DNA of 64,000 nucleotides from Fidelibacterota bacterium (GCA_018658715.1 JABHUQ010000034.1:22230-86229), one strand, 5' to 3'. Positions 7,670 to 16,874 are shown, counted from the stretch's first letter. Numbers and translations are program-made. Notes: a model not told the origin generated them from the sequence alone.

Positions 7670-9874
7670 ATGATTCCATCTAGCATTCCATTTCTATTCC
7701 GTTTTTTTGTACCAATTTTCCTTTCCATTGCTTCGGCGCAAATTTATGATATATCTATCCCACCCCAAGATGATGATTCTTACGAATATGCAGATTTCAG
7801 GATATACATCAATGATTCGTTAGAAACAATTCGAGGTGTATACTTTTTTATGCACCCTTGGCATGGAGATTCTCGAAATATTGTTAATGACGAAATGTTA
7901 AAAGCGTTATGTGATTCATCTCAATTTGCATTAATGGGTGCTCATTTTGATAATATGCACATGGAAACCGGTGTGGGTGATGCAGTGATTGATGCGATGA
8001 ATGGATTTGTCGAGATGACAGGGAAAACCGAATTAGCCTACACTCCCTTTTTTATAAATGGATATTCTTGGGGTGGTCAATTTGGCTATCATTTTACTGT
8101 TTGGGATCCAGATAGAGTAATTGGTTTTATCACTCAAAAAGGCGGGTACCACGATACAACAGATGCGGGCGATGCCATTTCTGTCCCTGGACTCATGTTT
8201 ATTGGTGAAGATGATTTGGATTATCGTATTACAAATCTCACGGGTGTTTTCTTAAATCACCGACCTATAGGAGCTCAATGGAGTCTTGCAGTAGAACAGG
8301 GGTCAGGGCATTCTCAGGTTCAAGATTGGGATTTATTAAATGCATTTTTCTACCATACAGTTCAACTACGATTACCTGATTCAACAGAATCAAATCATCC
8401 TGTAGAACTATTACCTATCGACAATCAAGATGCTTGGTATGGCGACCAATCAAGTTGGGTGATTGGATCATATGAATGTTATGATGGTGTGGTAGATTCT
8501 TCTTCCTGGTTCCCATCACAAAAAGTGGGCGAACTTTGGCAAAATTTTGCATCAGAAGGAACTGTGGAAGATACGAGTGAATGTGATGGGCCCCAAAATG
8601 TGAGTATACGCATTCCTGCGGAATGGGAGAGCCAGAAAGCAATATGGCTCCAGTGGCCACTTCAATTTGAACATTGGATGCGCCCTGAAATGGCTAACGT
8701 AATTGCCACGGTTCAAACTTTTGAAGATGTACATTTAATAGTACAAAATGAGAGTCATTTAGCCGATGCACAATCACAAGTTCAAGAGCAAGGTGGGAAT
8801 CCATTTAATTTAAATTATCATATATGGGAGCATAACAACGCTTGGCTCCGAGATAATGGCCCACTGTATGTTAAACAAGAAAATGAATTAACTATTCATA
8901 ATATGCAATTTGATTCTTGGGGTGGTTTAGTCCCCAATTATCAAGAAGATAATGCCATACCCTGCACTATTGCTTACGAGCTAGGATTAGATTGTAATAC
9001 ATTGGATTTTATTATGGAAAGAGGAAACCTCGAATTTAATGGCTCCGGAGCTCTTATCACCAATTGGGATTGTTGGGCAGATAGAAACCCAAATTTAGTT
9101 CAAAATGAATTAGATCTTTATTTAAAACAGATATGGGGATTAGATCAAATCGTGTGGACCTATGGACATTCTGAATGGGATGTAACTACTGGCCATATTG
9201 ACGGTGTGGCGCGATTTGTGAATGATTCTACGGTTCTTGTTGGGAATGTTATCAATGCAAATGATCCCGATGCTTGGATATGTGATTCAGCAGCCGTTGT
9301 TATTGAAAATGCAGGATTTAATGTAGTCAGAATGGATATGCCCGGATACATTGATTATTATAATTGGACTATTCCTGCACTTTATCTTAATTACATCATA
9401 GTGGATGGTGCCATCATTGGGAATGCTTATAACGTTCCTGAATGGGATAATGAAGCTCAATCTTTATTAGAAGTATTATTCCCTCGCTATGAAGTCATTT
9501 TATTATACACACCAGAAGTAAATCTTTCTGGAGGTGGGATTCATTGTATTACTAATGATCAGCCTGAAATCATTGATATTTTGAGTATGAAAAATAATAA
9601 TTTACTCCCTTCACAATTTCAACTTCATAACCCCTACCCAAATCCCTTTAATCCAACAACCATCATCCCATTTTCGGTAGAAACGCAGAGTATAGCATCT
9701 CTACAGTTGTACGAAATAACTGGTCGGTTGGTGGAAATATTATTTGATGGTATTCTTGATCCTGGAAATCATAAAATAAAATGGGATGCTTCAGCACAAT
9801 CCAGCGGGATCTATTTTGTTGTCCTAAAAACCCCTAATAAAACATTATTGAAAAAACTGGTTTTATTAAAATAA
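7670..9874 (+). CDS. Secreted three-part protein: alpha/beta-hydrolase-like domain, agmatine deiminase/PAD_porph-family domain, and T9SS C-terminal sorting domain
   Basis: Signal peptide IPFLFRFFVPIFLSIASAQ. GYSWGG nucleophile elbow with later GEDD and GSGHS. Deiminase motifs IPAEWESQKAIWLQWP, NNAWLRDNGP, GHIDG and catalytic GGGIHCITNDQP. CTD YPNPFNPTT...SGIYFVVLK...LVLLK (nt ~9614-9871). The ORF opens at TTG 7643; ATG 7670 is preferred. Confidence 0.8.
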   Translation: MIPSSIPFLFRFFVPIFLSIASAQIYDISIPPQDDDSYEYADFRIYINDSLETIRGVYFFMHPWHGDSRNIVNDEMLKALCDSSQFALMGAHFDNMHMETGVGDAVIDAMNGFVEMTGKTELAYTPFFINGYSWGGQFGYHFTVWDPDRVIGFITQKGGYHDTTDAGDAISVPGLMFIGEDDLDYRITNLTGVFLNHRPIGAQWSLAVEQGSGHSQVQDWDLLNAFFYHTVQLRLPDSTESNHPVELLPIDNQDAWYGDQSSWVIGSYECYDGVVDSSSWFPSQKVGELWQNFASEGTVEDTSECDGPQNVSIRIPAEWESQKAIWLQWPLQFEHWMRPEMANVIATVQTFEDVHLIVQNESHLADAQSQVQEQGGNPFNLNYHIWEHNNAWLRDNGPLYVKQENELTIHNMQFDSWGGLVPNYQEDNAIPCTIAYELGLDCNTLDFIMERGNLEFNGSGALITNWDCWADRNPNLVQNELDLYLKQIWGLDQIVWTYGHSEWDVTTGHIDGVARFVNDSTVLVGNVINANDPDAWICDSAAVVIENAGFNVVRMDMPGYIDYYNWTIPALYLNYIIVDGAIIGNAYNVPEWDNEAQSLLEVLFPRYEVILLYTPEVNLSGGGIHCITNDQPEIIDILSMKNNNLLPSQFQLHNPYPNPFNPTTIIPFSVETQSIASLQLYEITGRLVEILFDGILDPGNHKIKWDASAQSSGIYFVVLKTPNKTLLKKLVLLK

Positions 9875-9919
9875 GATTTCGTAACGACATTCCTAAATAT
9901 TTTATAGATTCGTCCTAGG

Positions 9920-11059
9920 ATGAGTTGGGTTATGATAAGATTTATTTTACTTTTATTGCCAATCTATTTGTTGGCACAAAATAATGTTTGTTTTGACATT
10001 GAAGATAATCCTTATCCCAACCATCCAGCGTTTGGGGTTTTTTCAAAATATGTCAATGTTTTGGGCACTATTGATATTTATGCTGAGTCCAGTATTTCTG
10101 ATGAAAAGATACTTCATGTAGCTGCAGTTACGGCAGAATTATTAGATAATGATGAAGATGGAAATATTGATGATCCGCTGATTGAATCTTCACTAATTGA
10201 ATTGAATACTGTTATGCCGGTGTTCCAGTATGAGAATGGAAATGCCATTGAAACATTTTTTGATAATCTAGATGACGATGGGTGTACTGGTGCTGTATTA
10301 TTCAAAAATGAAATTGATCCAAACCAACCTGGTCATTGGGGAGACGATGCTACAGTGGAAGAAGTATTACACACTATAAACGCATGCGGTCATGTGGAAG
10401 TTTATCCCTCGCTCTACGCACTCTTGCCAAATTCATCTGAATTGACAGATGCCATGGATGTTGCTCGAGGTGGACAATTTATGTCCATTCCAAATCCATA
10501 TCCAGATGAGGCTTGGTATCATTACGATGACTGGACATGTGATTATGAATGTATGGCTATGGAATATTTATATTGGTGCGTCGTCACAAATATGGGCATT
10601 TTAGCAGATACGGAAACGTGTAATGGCATTGCAAACGAGTGGGAACCTTGCAGCCTGGAATTGTTTGAATCTACCGATATATTAATGTTTAATTTGGTTA
10701 CTAATTCTGAAAATAAACTGCCACAACTTGCGCCGGACGGGAATTACTGTACCGAACAGGTGGATACTGATTCTGAAATTATTCCCGGTGATTATCCGCT
10801 ATTATCGCTGTATCCTAATCCTTTCAACCCCACATCTACTATCCAGTTTCATATTGGTATAGAGGCACAGTTTATCTTATCTCTCCTTCAAATAATCGAT
10901 ATTAATGGTCATATTGTGGAAACGTTGGTAAATGGGAAATTGCACCCTGGTGATCATGAAATAAATTGGGATGCCTCGGACTTTCCCAGCGGTGTGTATT
11001 TTGTTCAATTAAAAACGGGGAATAAAATCAAAACTGAGAAAATAATTCTTTTAAAATAA
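9920..11059 (+). CDS. Secreted Cys-rich protein of unknown function with a T9SS C-terminal sorting domain
   Basis: Signal peptide MIRFILLLLPIYLLAQ, many Cys residues, an acidic DNDEDGNIDD loop, and CTD LYPNPFNPTSTIQF...SGVYFVQLK...IILLK (nt ~10790-11056). Confidence 0.75.
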   Translation: MSWVMIRFILLLLPIYLLAQNNVCFDIEDNPYPNHPAFGVFSKYVNVLGTIDIYAESSISDEKILHVAAVTAELLDNDEDGNIDDPLIESSLIELNTVMPVFQYENGNAIETFFDNLDDDGCTGAVLFKNEIDPNQPGHWGDDATVEEVLHTINACGHVEVYPSLYALLPNSSELTDAMDVARGGQFMSIPNPYPDEAWYHYDDWTCDYECMAMEYLYWCVVTNMGILADTETCNGIANEWEPCSLELFESTDILMFNLVTNSENKLPQLAPDGNYCTEQVDTDSEIIPGDYPLLSLYPNPFNPTSTIQFHIGIEAQFILSLLQIIDINGHIVETLVNGKLHPGDHEINWDASDFPSGVYFVQLKTGNKIKTEKIILLK

Positions 11060-11080
11060 TGGATACTTAAGAGGCTTTTA

Positions 11081-12418
11081 ATGCCAAAACTCACGCTACT
11101 CCCAGATAATAAAGTTATTGAAGTCGAAAGTGGAACACAATTATTGCAGGCTGCGCTTGATGAAGGTATTCATCATGCTCATGCATGCGGTGCTATGGGG
11201 AAATGCACAACTTGCCGTGTCTTAGTATTAGATGGATATAATAATTGTTCTTCACCTACAGATTATGAACTGAAACTTAAGGAAAAAATCCACTCCAACC
11301 AGGAATTCCGTCTTGCATGTCAAACAAAAATTTTAGGTGATATGGTTGTTAGGCGACTTGTTTTAGACTCTGAAGATATAGAAATGACGTCACAAACCAA
11401 TGCTGTACCCATTGGTCGGTTGGGCGAAACTAAAAAATTAGCTATTTTATTTTGTGATATTAGAGGATTTACACCCTTTGCTGAAAAAATCACACCATAT
11501 GACACCGTTTTCATTTTAAATCGTTATTTTAATCGGATGGTAAATGTAATTGAATCTTATGGTGGTCGAGTTGATAATTACATTGGAGACGGATTAATTG
11601 CATTATTCGGAATAAACAATGAACCTGACGCGGCTGTTTCTGCTGTCCAATCCGCTATTGAAATGTGCACAGAAATGGATGAAATGAAACCTTATCTCAA
11701 AACCATGTATGGTGATGCGTTTAATATTGGCATTGGAGTTCATTATGGTGATGCAGTTGTTGGGGATATTGGTTCAGGAAGATCAAAACGATTAACGGCT
11801 ATTGGGGATTCAGTCAATTTTGCCAGTCGCGTAGAAAGCGCCAATAAACAGTTTCATTCTAGGCTACTCATTTCAGAAGATACTCACAACATTGTTAAAG
11901 ATATGGTGAAAATCAAAGATTTTGTTAGAACAAATATTAAGGGGATTGAAGAAAGAGTAACTTTATACGAGGTAGAAGAAGTAACGGCTGACGTTGGTAA
12001 AATTGAAAAGAGTGAATTTATTGAAAATGGACTGATTTGGCGAAAAGTGAATACAGTATCAAGCTTTGATGACGAACCTCATCAGATATTAAAGGTAAAA
12101 AGAGACAAAATTCTCGTTGCAAAATGCAATAATGAAATTGTAGCAATGAATGACCAATGCCCCCACGCCTTTCTCAGTATGAAAGGTAGTGAAATAGATC
12201 TAAGTGAAAATAAAATTAATTGCAGGTGGCATAATAGTAGTTTTTGCTTACAGTCTGGTGAAATTAAGGAATGGATTGATGATGGTATGTTTAAGTTCAT
12301 GGGAAGGTTAGATTCAAGGGCAAAAGAAATAGTAGAATTGGAAAAAAGAAATCTAGATCTATTCACAACTAAGGTCATTGATGACACCGTTTGGGTTGGG
12401 ATGGATCCGGAATACTAA
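11081..12418 (+). CDS. Three-domain signalling protein: [2Fe-2S] ferredoxin domain, class III adenylate/guanylate cyclase domain, and Rieske [2Fe-2S] domain
   Basis: Fer2: CGAMGKCTTC...LAC. Cyclase: LAILFCDIRGFTPFAEK, YIGDGLIALFG, IGIGVHYGDAVVGDIGS, IGDSVNFASRVES. Rieske: CPH-x18-CRWH followed by SSFCLQSGE and VIDDTVWV. Confidence 0.85.
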   Translation: MPKLTLLPDNKVIEVESGTQLLQAALDEGIHHAHACGAMGKCTTCRVLVLDGYNNCSSPTDYELKLKEKIHSNQEFRLACQTKILGDMVVRRLVLDSEDIEMTSQTNAVPIGRLGETKKLAILFCDIRGFTPFAEKITPYDTVFILNRYFNRMVNVIESYGGRVDNYIGDGLIALFGINNEPDAAVSAVQSAIEMCTEMDEMKPYLKTMYGDAFNIGIGVHYGDAVVGDIGSGRSKRLTAIGDSVNFASRVESANKQFHSRLLISEDTHNIVKDMVKIKDFVRTNIKGIEERVTLYEVEEVTADVGKIEKSEFIENGLIWRKVNTVSSFDDEPHQILKVKRDKILVAKCNNEIVAMNDQCPHAFLSMKGSEIDLSENKINCRWHNSSFCLQSGEIKEWIDDGMFKFMGRLDSRAKEIVELEKRNLDLFTTKVIDDTVWVGMDPEY

Positions 12419-12436
12419 TTATTAAGGAATTTTAAA

Positions 12437-13081
12437 ATGAATAAAAAAACTTGGTTTTTCTTAGTATTGCTTCTTGGGGCATCTCTAATGGGGCAGCATA
12501 TTTCTCAAGGTGATATACTCAGCGAAACTCCTTTATATCCCGTCCCTGTAGATATGACATTCGAAGAATATCAAGATATGAATCGTAGACTTACAATTGG
12601 TTTAGCTTTATCTTCCGTCCCAATTCCTGGAATTATTCACCAATATGCAGGAGAAAAGAAAACGGCTAAAAAATTGAGGATGATAGGAGCAGGTGGTTTA
12701 ATTACTATGATTGCAGGTGGGATCATGATGGAAGAAAAAGGATGGGCCGATTCTCCGTATGAAATTTTTACTTTAAATGAAGGACAAGAAAATGAAAAAC
12801 GGTATGAAAAAATCCCCATCAATCAATTCGGTGATGATGTTGGGTATAACCTTGTTCCATTAAATAAAGAGAGTGAAGGATCGGGTGGCGGTCTCATTGT
12901 TTTAGGCGCTACTGTTTTAATCTGTGATATTTTGTATGATTGGCTTCATGGATGGAAAACTATTGTCCATAAAAGAGATGCAGTACGATATAAATATGGT
13001 CAACAATTACTATTTTCTGTAGCACCAGAAATAGACCCTTCATCAAATTTTGCCGGTTTAAATTTTAATTTATATTTCTAA
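12437..13081 (+). CDS. Hypothetical membrane protein with signal peptide and Gly-rich hydrophobic segments
   Basis: MNKKTWFFLVLLLGASLMGQ signal-like N-terminus. Hydrophobic stretches MIGAGGLITMIAGGIMM and GGGLIVLGATVLICDIL. It starts 18 nt after the cyclase gene. I recognise no family. Confidence 0.6.
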   Translation: MNKKTWFFLVLLLGASLMGQHISQGDILSETPLYPVPVDMTFEEYQDMNRRLTIGLALSSVPIPGIIHQYAGEKKTAKKLRMIGAGGLITMIAGGIMMEEKGWADSPYEIFTLNEGQENEKRYEKIPINQFGDDVGYNLVPLNKESEGSGGGLIVLGATVLICDILYDWLHGWKTIVHKRDAVRYKYGQQLLFSVAPEIDPSSNFAGLNFNLYF

Positions 13082-13293
13082 TCCAACGAGGATATCAATT
13101 AATACATTATAATTTCATATGTGGGGATATTTCTCTGGCGACCAGCTACGTACGGTTTACCATTATACCTAAAATGGCCAATAAATTAAGAAAATTCACA
13201 TTTTAATAACCCTTTAGATTTATTAATAGGCATACTGATTAGTGAAATGAGTATATATTTTCATCTCCATTCTTATGTCTAGTAAATTGTATC

Positions 13294-15132
13294 ATGCATA
13301 ATCCTGCTCTTACTGTTGGCCTTGCAATGGCTATAGGAATGGCTGCTCAGGTCATAGCTCGACATATTCGTATTCCCGGCATTGTACTATTACTTGCTTC
13401 TGGAATGCTTTTTGGCCCCGATGTCCTTAATTGGATTCAACCAGAAAGTTTAGGTGAATCATTACACATTATAGTTGGTTTTGCTGTTGCTGTCATTCTT
13501 TTTGAAGGAGGAATGAATCTTAAATTCAGTCGAATTAAGAGAGAAGGACGGTCCATTCAAGGGCTTATTACTTTAGGTGCACTTATTACATTTGTTGGCG
13601 GGACGCTAAGTGCTAAACTTTTGTTGGGATGGGATTGGCGGGTAGCAATTTTATTTGGAACGTTAGTTATTGTAACAGGGCCCACTGTCATCTCTCCATT
13701 ATTAAAGCGTATTCGAGTCCATCATTCTGTCAGTGTTATTTTAGAAGCTGAAGGAATTTTACTCGATGCTATTGGAGCAATTATTGCAGTAGTTGCACTG
13801 GAAATAGCTATTAGTCCGTCTGGGCTGAGTTTCATCTTTGGCATTTGGCATATTCTTACCAGGCTTGTCGTGGGAACTCTTCTAGGTTTAATAGGTGGAT
13901 TTGTCATGAGTTTTATTCTTCGATTTCGCAATCTTGTTTCCGACGGATTAGAAAATGTGTTTATTTTGTCATGGGTTTTTGCTTTATTTCAAATTTCGAA
14001 TACAATTAGTCCGGAAAGTGGCATAGCAGCCGTTACATTTGCAGGAATGGTTTTGGGGAATTCAAAAACATATATCCATCGGGAATTATTAGAATTTAAA
14101 GAACAGTTGACTGTACTTATGATTGGCATGTTATTTGTCATACTAGCAGCAGATGTTAGAATTGCTGAAATTCAATCTCTTGGTATAAAGGGCCTTATGA
14201 CTGTTTTCGCATTAATGTTTATTATTCGCCCATTGAGTGTTTTTATTTCTACTTCTGCCAGTTCACTAAATATGAAACAAAAAACATTAATATCATGGAT
14301 TGCACCACGAGGGATTGTAGCTGCCGCTGTAGCATCCTTTTTTGCATTTGAGTTAAATCTTCATGGTTATGAAGGGAGCCAATTAAGAGCGCTTGTTTTT
14401 CTCGTCATTATGATTTCTGTATTATTTGCAGGATTCACCGGAGGATTAGCCGCATCAATGTTATCTCTGAAGCGGAAAAAAGAATCAGGATGGATTATTC
14501 TTGGGGCCCATGGTGTGGCTCGTTGTCTTGCTCAAATTTTAAAACGTAACGGACAGGAAGTGATATGTATCGATGAAAATCCGCGCGCCTGTAATCAAGC
14601 TGAGAATGAAGGCATTAAGGTATTTTATGGAAATGCACTTGAAGAGCGGGTATTGCAACAAGCCGAACCAGGGACACGTAAAGGGATTATTGCCTTATCA
14701 GGTAATGAAGAAGTGAATTTTATTTTCTCTCAACGAGCCAAATATTTAGAAAAAAATATGACAATTCTTACAGGGATTAAAAATAGATCAGAAGGTATTA
14801 CTCGAAAAATGGTAATGGAAACGGGAGCACGCATACCCTTTGGACGTGCTGCTGATATGGAACAATGGAGTCAATGGCTTCGTCAAGATTCTGCAACATG
14901 TCAAAATTATATTTACCCTGAATCTAAACAAGATCATGAAATATCAGATCCAAATATGATTGGTATTCTTCTTCCACTTACTATTCGTAGAGGAAAATCC
15001 ATAGAACCCATTGACAATCTGTATAAACCAAAAGAAAAGGATATTGTTTATTTTCTGATCAATAAACAAAAACACGAAGAAGCTAATTCATGGCTTCAAA
15101 CCCATAATTGGTTAAAGAATCCTCCAACTTAA
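13294..15132 (+). CDS. Cation:proton antiporter (CPA1/NhaP-like) with a C-terminal RCK/TrkA-N-like domain
   Basis: About 400 aa of multi-TM sequence (FEGGMNL, ILEAEGILLDAIGAI, SWIAPRGIVAAAVA), then the Rossmann-like ILGAHGVARCLAQILKRNGQEVICID. Confidence 0.85.
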   Translation: MHNPALTVGLAMAIGMAAQVIARHIRIPGIVLLLASGMLFGPDVLNWIQPESLGESLHIIVGFAVAVILFEGGMNLKFSRIKREGRSIQGLITLGALITFVGGTLSAKLLLGWDWRVAILFGTLVIVTGPTVISPLLKRIRVHHSVSVILEAEGILLDAIGAIIAVVALEIAISPSGLSFIFGIWHILTRLVVGTLLGLIGGFVMSFILRFRNLVSDGLENVFILSWVFALFQISNTISPESGIAAVTFAGMVLGNSKTYIHRELLEFKEQLTVLMIGMLFVILAADVRIAEIQSLGIKGLMTVFALMFIIRPLSVFISTSASSLNMKQKTLISWIAPRGIVAAAVASFFAFELNLHGYEGSQLRALVFLVIMISVLFAGFTGGLAASMLSLKRKKESGWIILGAHGVARCLAQILKRNGQEVICIDENPRACNQAENEGIKVFYGNALEERVLQQAEPGTRKGIIALSGNEEVNFIFSQRAKYLEKNMTILTGIKNRSEGITRKMVMETGARIPFGRAADMEQWSQWLRQDSATCQNYIYPESKQDHEISDPNMIGILLPLTIRRGKSIEPIDNLYKPKEKDIVYFLINKQKHEEANSWLQTHNWLKNPPT

Positions 15133-16874
15133 ATAAGATTACTTATATACTCTTTTAAATCTATGGGGGCTACGATGCGCTCTGCATGCCCATATTTTTC
15201 CAACCAACTTGTTGTTTGAAAATCTGGTGATGTTTTTTTACCGGTATATTGTTCAATAACCCTTTTCCCAGAAAACCCAATATGTCCTGCATTCTCTTCA
15301 AATAATTGTATCCCGCGAGATGCCATTCCAATGGCGACACCTCCAAGTGTTGGGTCTGTAATAAGAGTAATTACAGGGAGTCCGGCACGCTCTACTCTAG
15401 AAAGTGCTACATGCACTTTTGGAATACTTACCATGGACGAACATCCTTCATGCATTCTAGCTCCACCACCAGCAGCCTGAATAATTAGTGGTGCTTTTTG
15501 TTCGATTGCTTTTATTGCAGCTTGCCATATCTTTTCCCCAATACTCATACAAAAAGATGCACCTAAAAATCCAAAATCAGTGACACACACTACAATATTT
15601 TTACCCATTAAAGTAGCATCCCCGGTCATCATTGCAGACATCATCCCGGTATTTTTTCTAGCTTTAATTAGTTTATCTGGATAATTAGGAAATGATAATA
15701 TATCTTTATCGAGTATGTATCTCGTTTCAGTATGTTCTTTGAATGTATCTTTATCAACAATCCAGGCGAGATAGTCCCATGCTGAAGGTCGAACAATTCG
15801 TTTCCTACATGTTTGGCATACAAAATTATTTTGTTCTAGAAACTCTAATCGAACGGGGTCATACACATGATTCCCTTGTTCATCATAACACCCTCGATGA
15901 CGTTTCACATACCCTGACTCATTTGATTTTGGTAACCGTGATATTGGACGCTGAACAGAAGTAATATCATTATTAGTCCTTTTTTCCCATTGCCCTATTT
16001 TCTCCCATCGTTTTACGCGCTCATCAAAAATTGTTTCTTTAGGTTGGTTTGATAAATTGCGGAGATGTTTCTGAATTATATTCTTAGCTGACGCAAGAGC
16101 AGATTCTTTAAATCGATGTGCAGGTCCTTCTGGTTCAGGAATTAATTCATCCACAATGCCATGATGAAATCCTTCTCTAGATGTAATTTGGGACACTTCA
16201 GCCGCTTCATTGGCTCGAGACCGTGTATGAAATAATATGGAAGAGCATGCCTCTGGCGTAATGACTAAATAAGTTGAATATTCCATAGCAAGTGTTACAT
16301 CACACCCAGTTAATGCAATGGCTCCGCCAGAACATGCTCGATTCATAATAACAGCCATTGTAGAAACGCTAGCGTCAGCTAAAGCATGAATTGTATCTCC
16401 AATTCGCCAAGCAATTCCATTAGACTCTGACCGCTCTGTTGGGTCAGCACCAGGTGTATCCACAAAAATAATAATGATACGATTTTCTTCTTCCGCAAGT
16501 TTGATTGCCTTTACTGCGCGCTCATAAGAATAAGGAACAGGCATTCCCTGATTCCATTTCTCTACAGCATCAGGATCTTTTAATGTATCCATTATTTTTT
16601 GATAATTAGATGAAGGGCCACTTTGTTGACCTAAGAGCATCACGGGGTTTCCATCTAATGAAGCTCGGTGTGTTTGTATTAAACATGCCCCAAATTGATC
16701 ATCACCAAAGACTTCTTCTACATCAGAAAAAAAGGATCTGTAATTTTTATACTTTGGGCGTTCTGGGTGAAAAGATAATTCATATTTTTCATATTCAGAT
16801 AATTGGGAAATAGCTTCTTGGGTATATGAAAAAAGCTCGTCTTTTTCAAATGATAAGGAAAAATGGTTACTCAT
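15129..16874 (-). CDS. Fused carboxyltransferase with an AccA-like N-terminal half and an AccD-like C-terminal half (acetyl-CoA carboxylase CT type)
   Basis: The N-half aligns by eye to E. coli AccA (HPERPKY, IIIFVDTPGADP, CSGGAIAL, YLVITPEACSSIL, IPEPEGPAH). The C-half aligns to AccD (CQTCRKRI, FGFLGASFCMSIGEKI, AAGGGARMHEG, LITDPTLGGVA, IGFSGKRVIEQ). Confidence 0.8.
   Translation of the reverse strand: MSNHFSLSFEKDELFSYTQEAISQLSEYEKYELSFHPERPKYKNYRSFFSDVEEVFGDDQFGACLIQTHRASLDGNPVMLLGQQSGPSSNYQKIMDTLKDPDAVEKWNQGMPVPYSYERAVKAIKLAEEENRIIIIFVDTPGADPTERSESNGIAWRIGDTIHALADASVSTMAVIMNRACSGGAIALTGCDVTLAMEYSTYLVITPEACSSILFHTRSRANEAAEVSQITSREGFHHGIVDELIPEPEGPAHRFKESALASAKNIIQKHLRNLSNQPKETIFDERVKRWEKIGQWEKRTNNDITSVQRPISRLPKSNESGYVKRHRGCYDEQGNHVYDPVRLEFLEQNNFVCQTCRKRIVRPSAWDYLAWIVDKDTFKEHTETRYILDKDILSFPNYPDKLIKARKNTGMMSAMMTGDATLMGKNIVVCVTDFGFLGASFCMSIGEKIWQAAIKAIEQKAPLIIQAAGGGARMHEGCSSMVSIPKVHVALSRVERAGLPVITLITDPTLGGVAIGMASRGIQLFEENAGHIGFSGKRVIEQYTGKKTSPDFQTTSWLEKYGHAERIVAPIDLKEYISNLI

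Noticed and set aside
8415-9351. Minus-strand ORFs of 81, 60 and 63 aa within the esterase-deiminase gene
   Set aside because: Antisense shadow ORFs. The plus-strand frame carries the deiminase motifs.
15129-15132. 4-nt overlap of the convergent stop codons of the antiporter and carboxyltransferase genes (TTAA)
   Set aside because: This reflects compact genome organisation. There is no evidence of function beyond the absence of a terminator.
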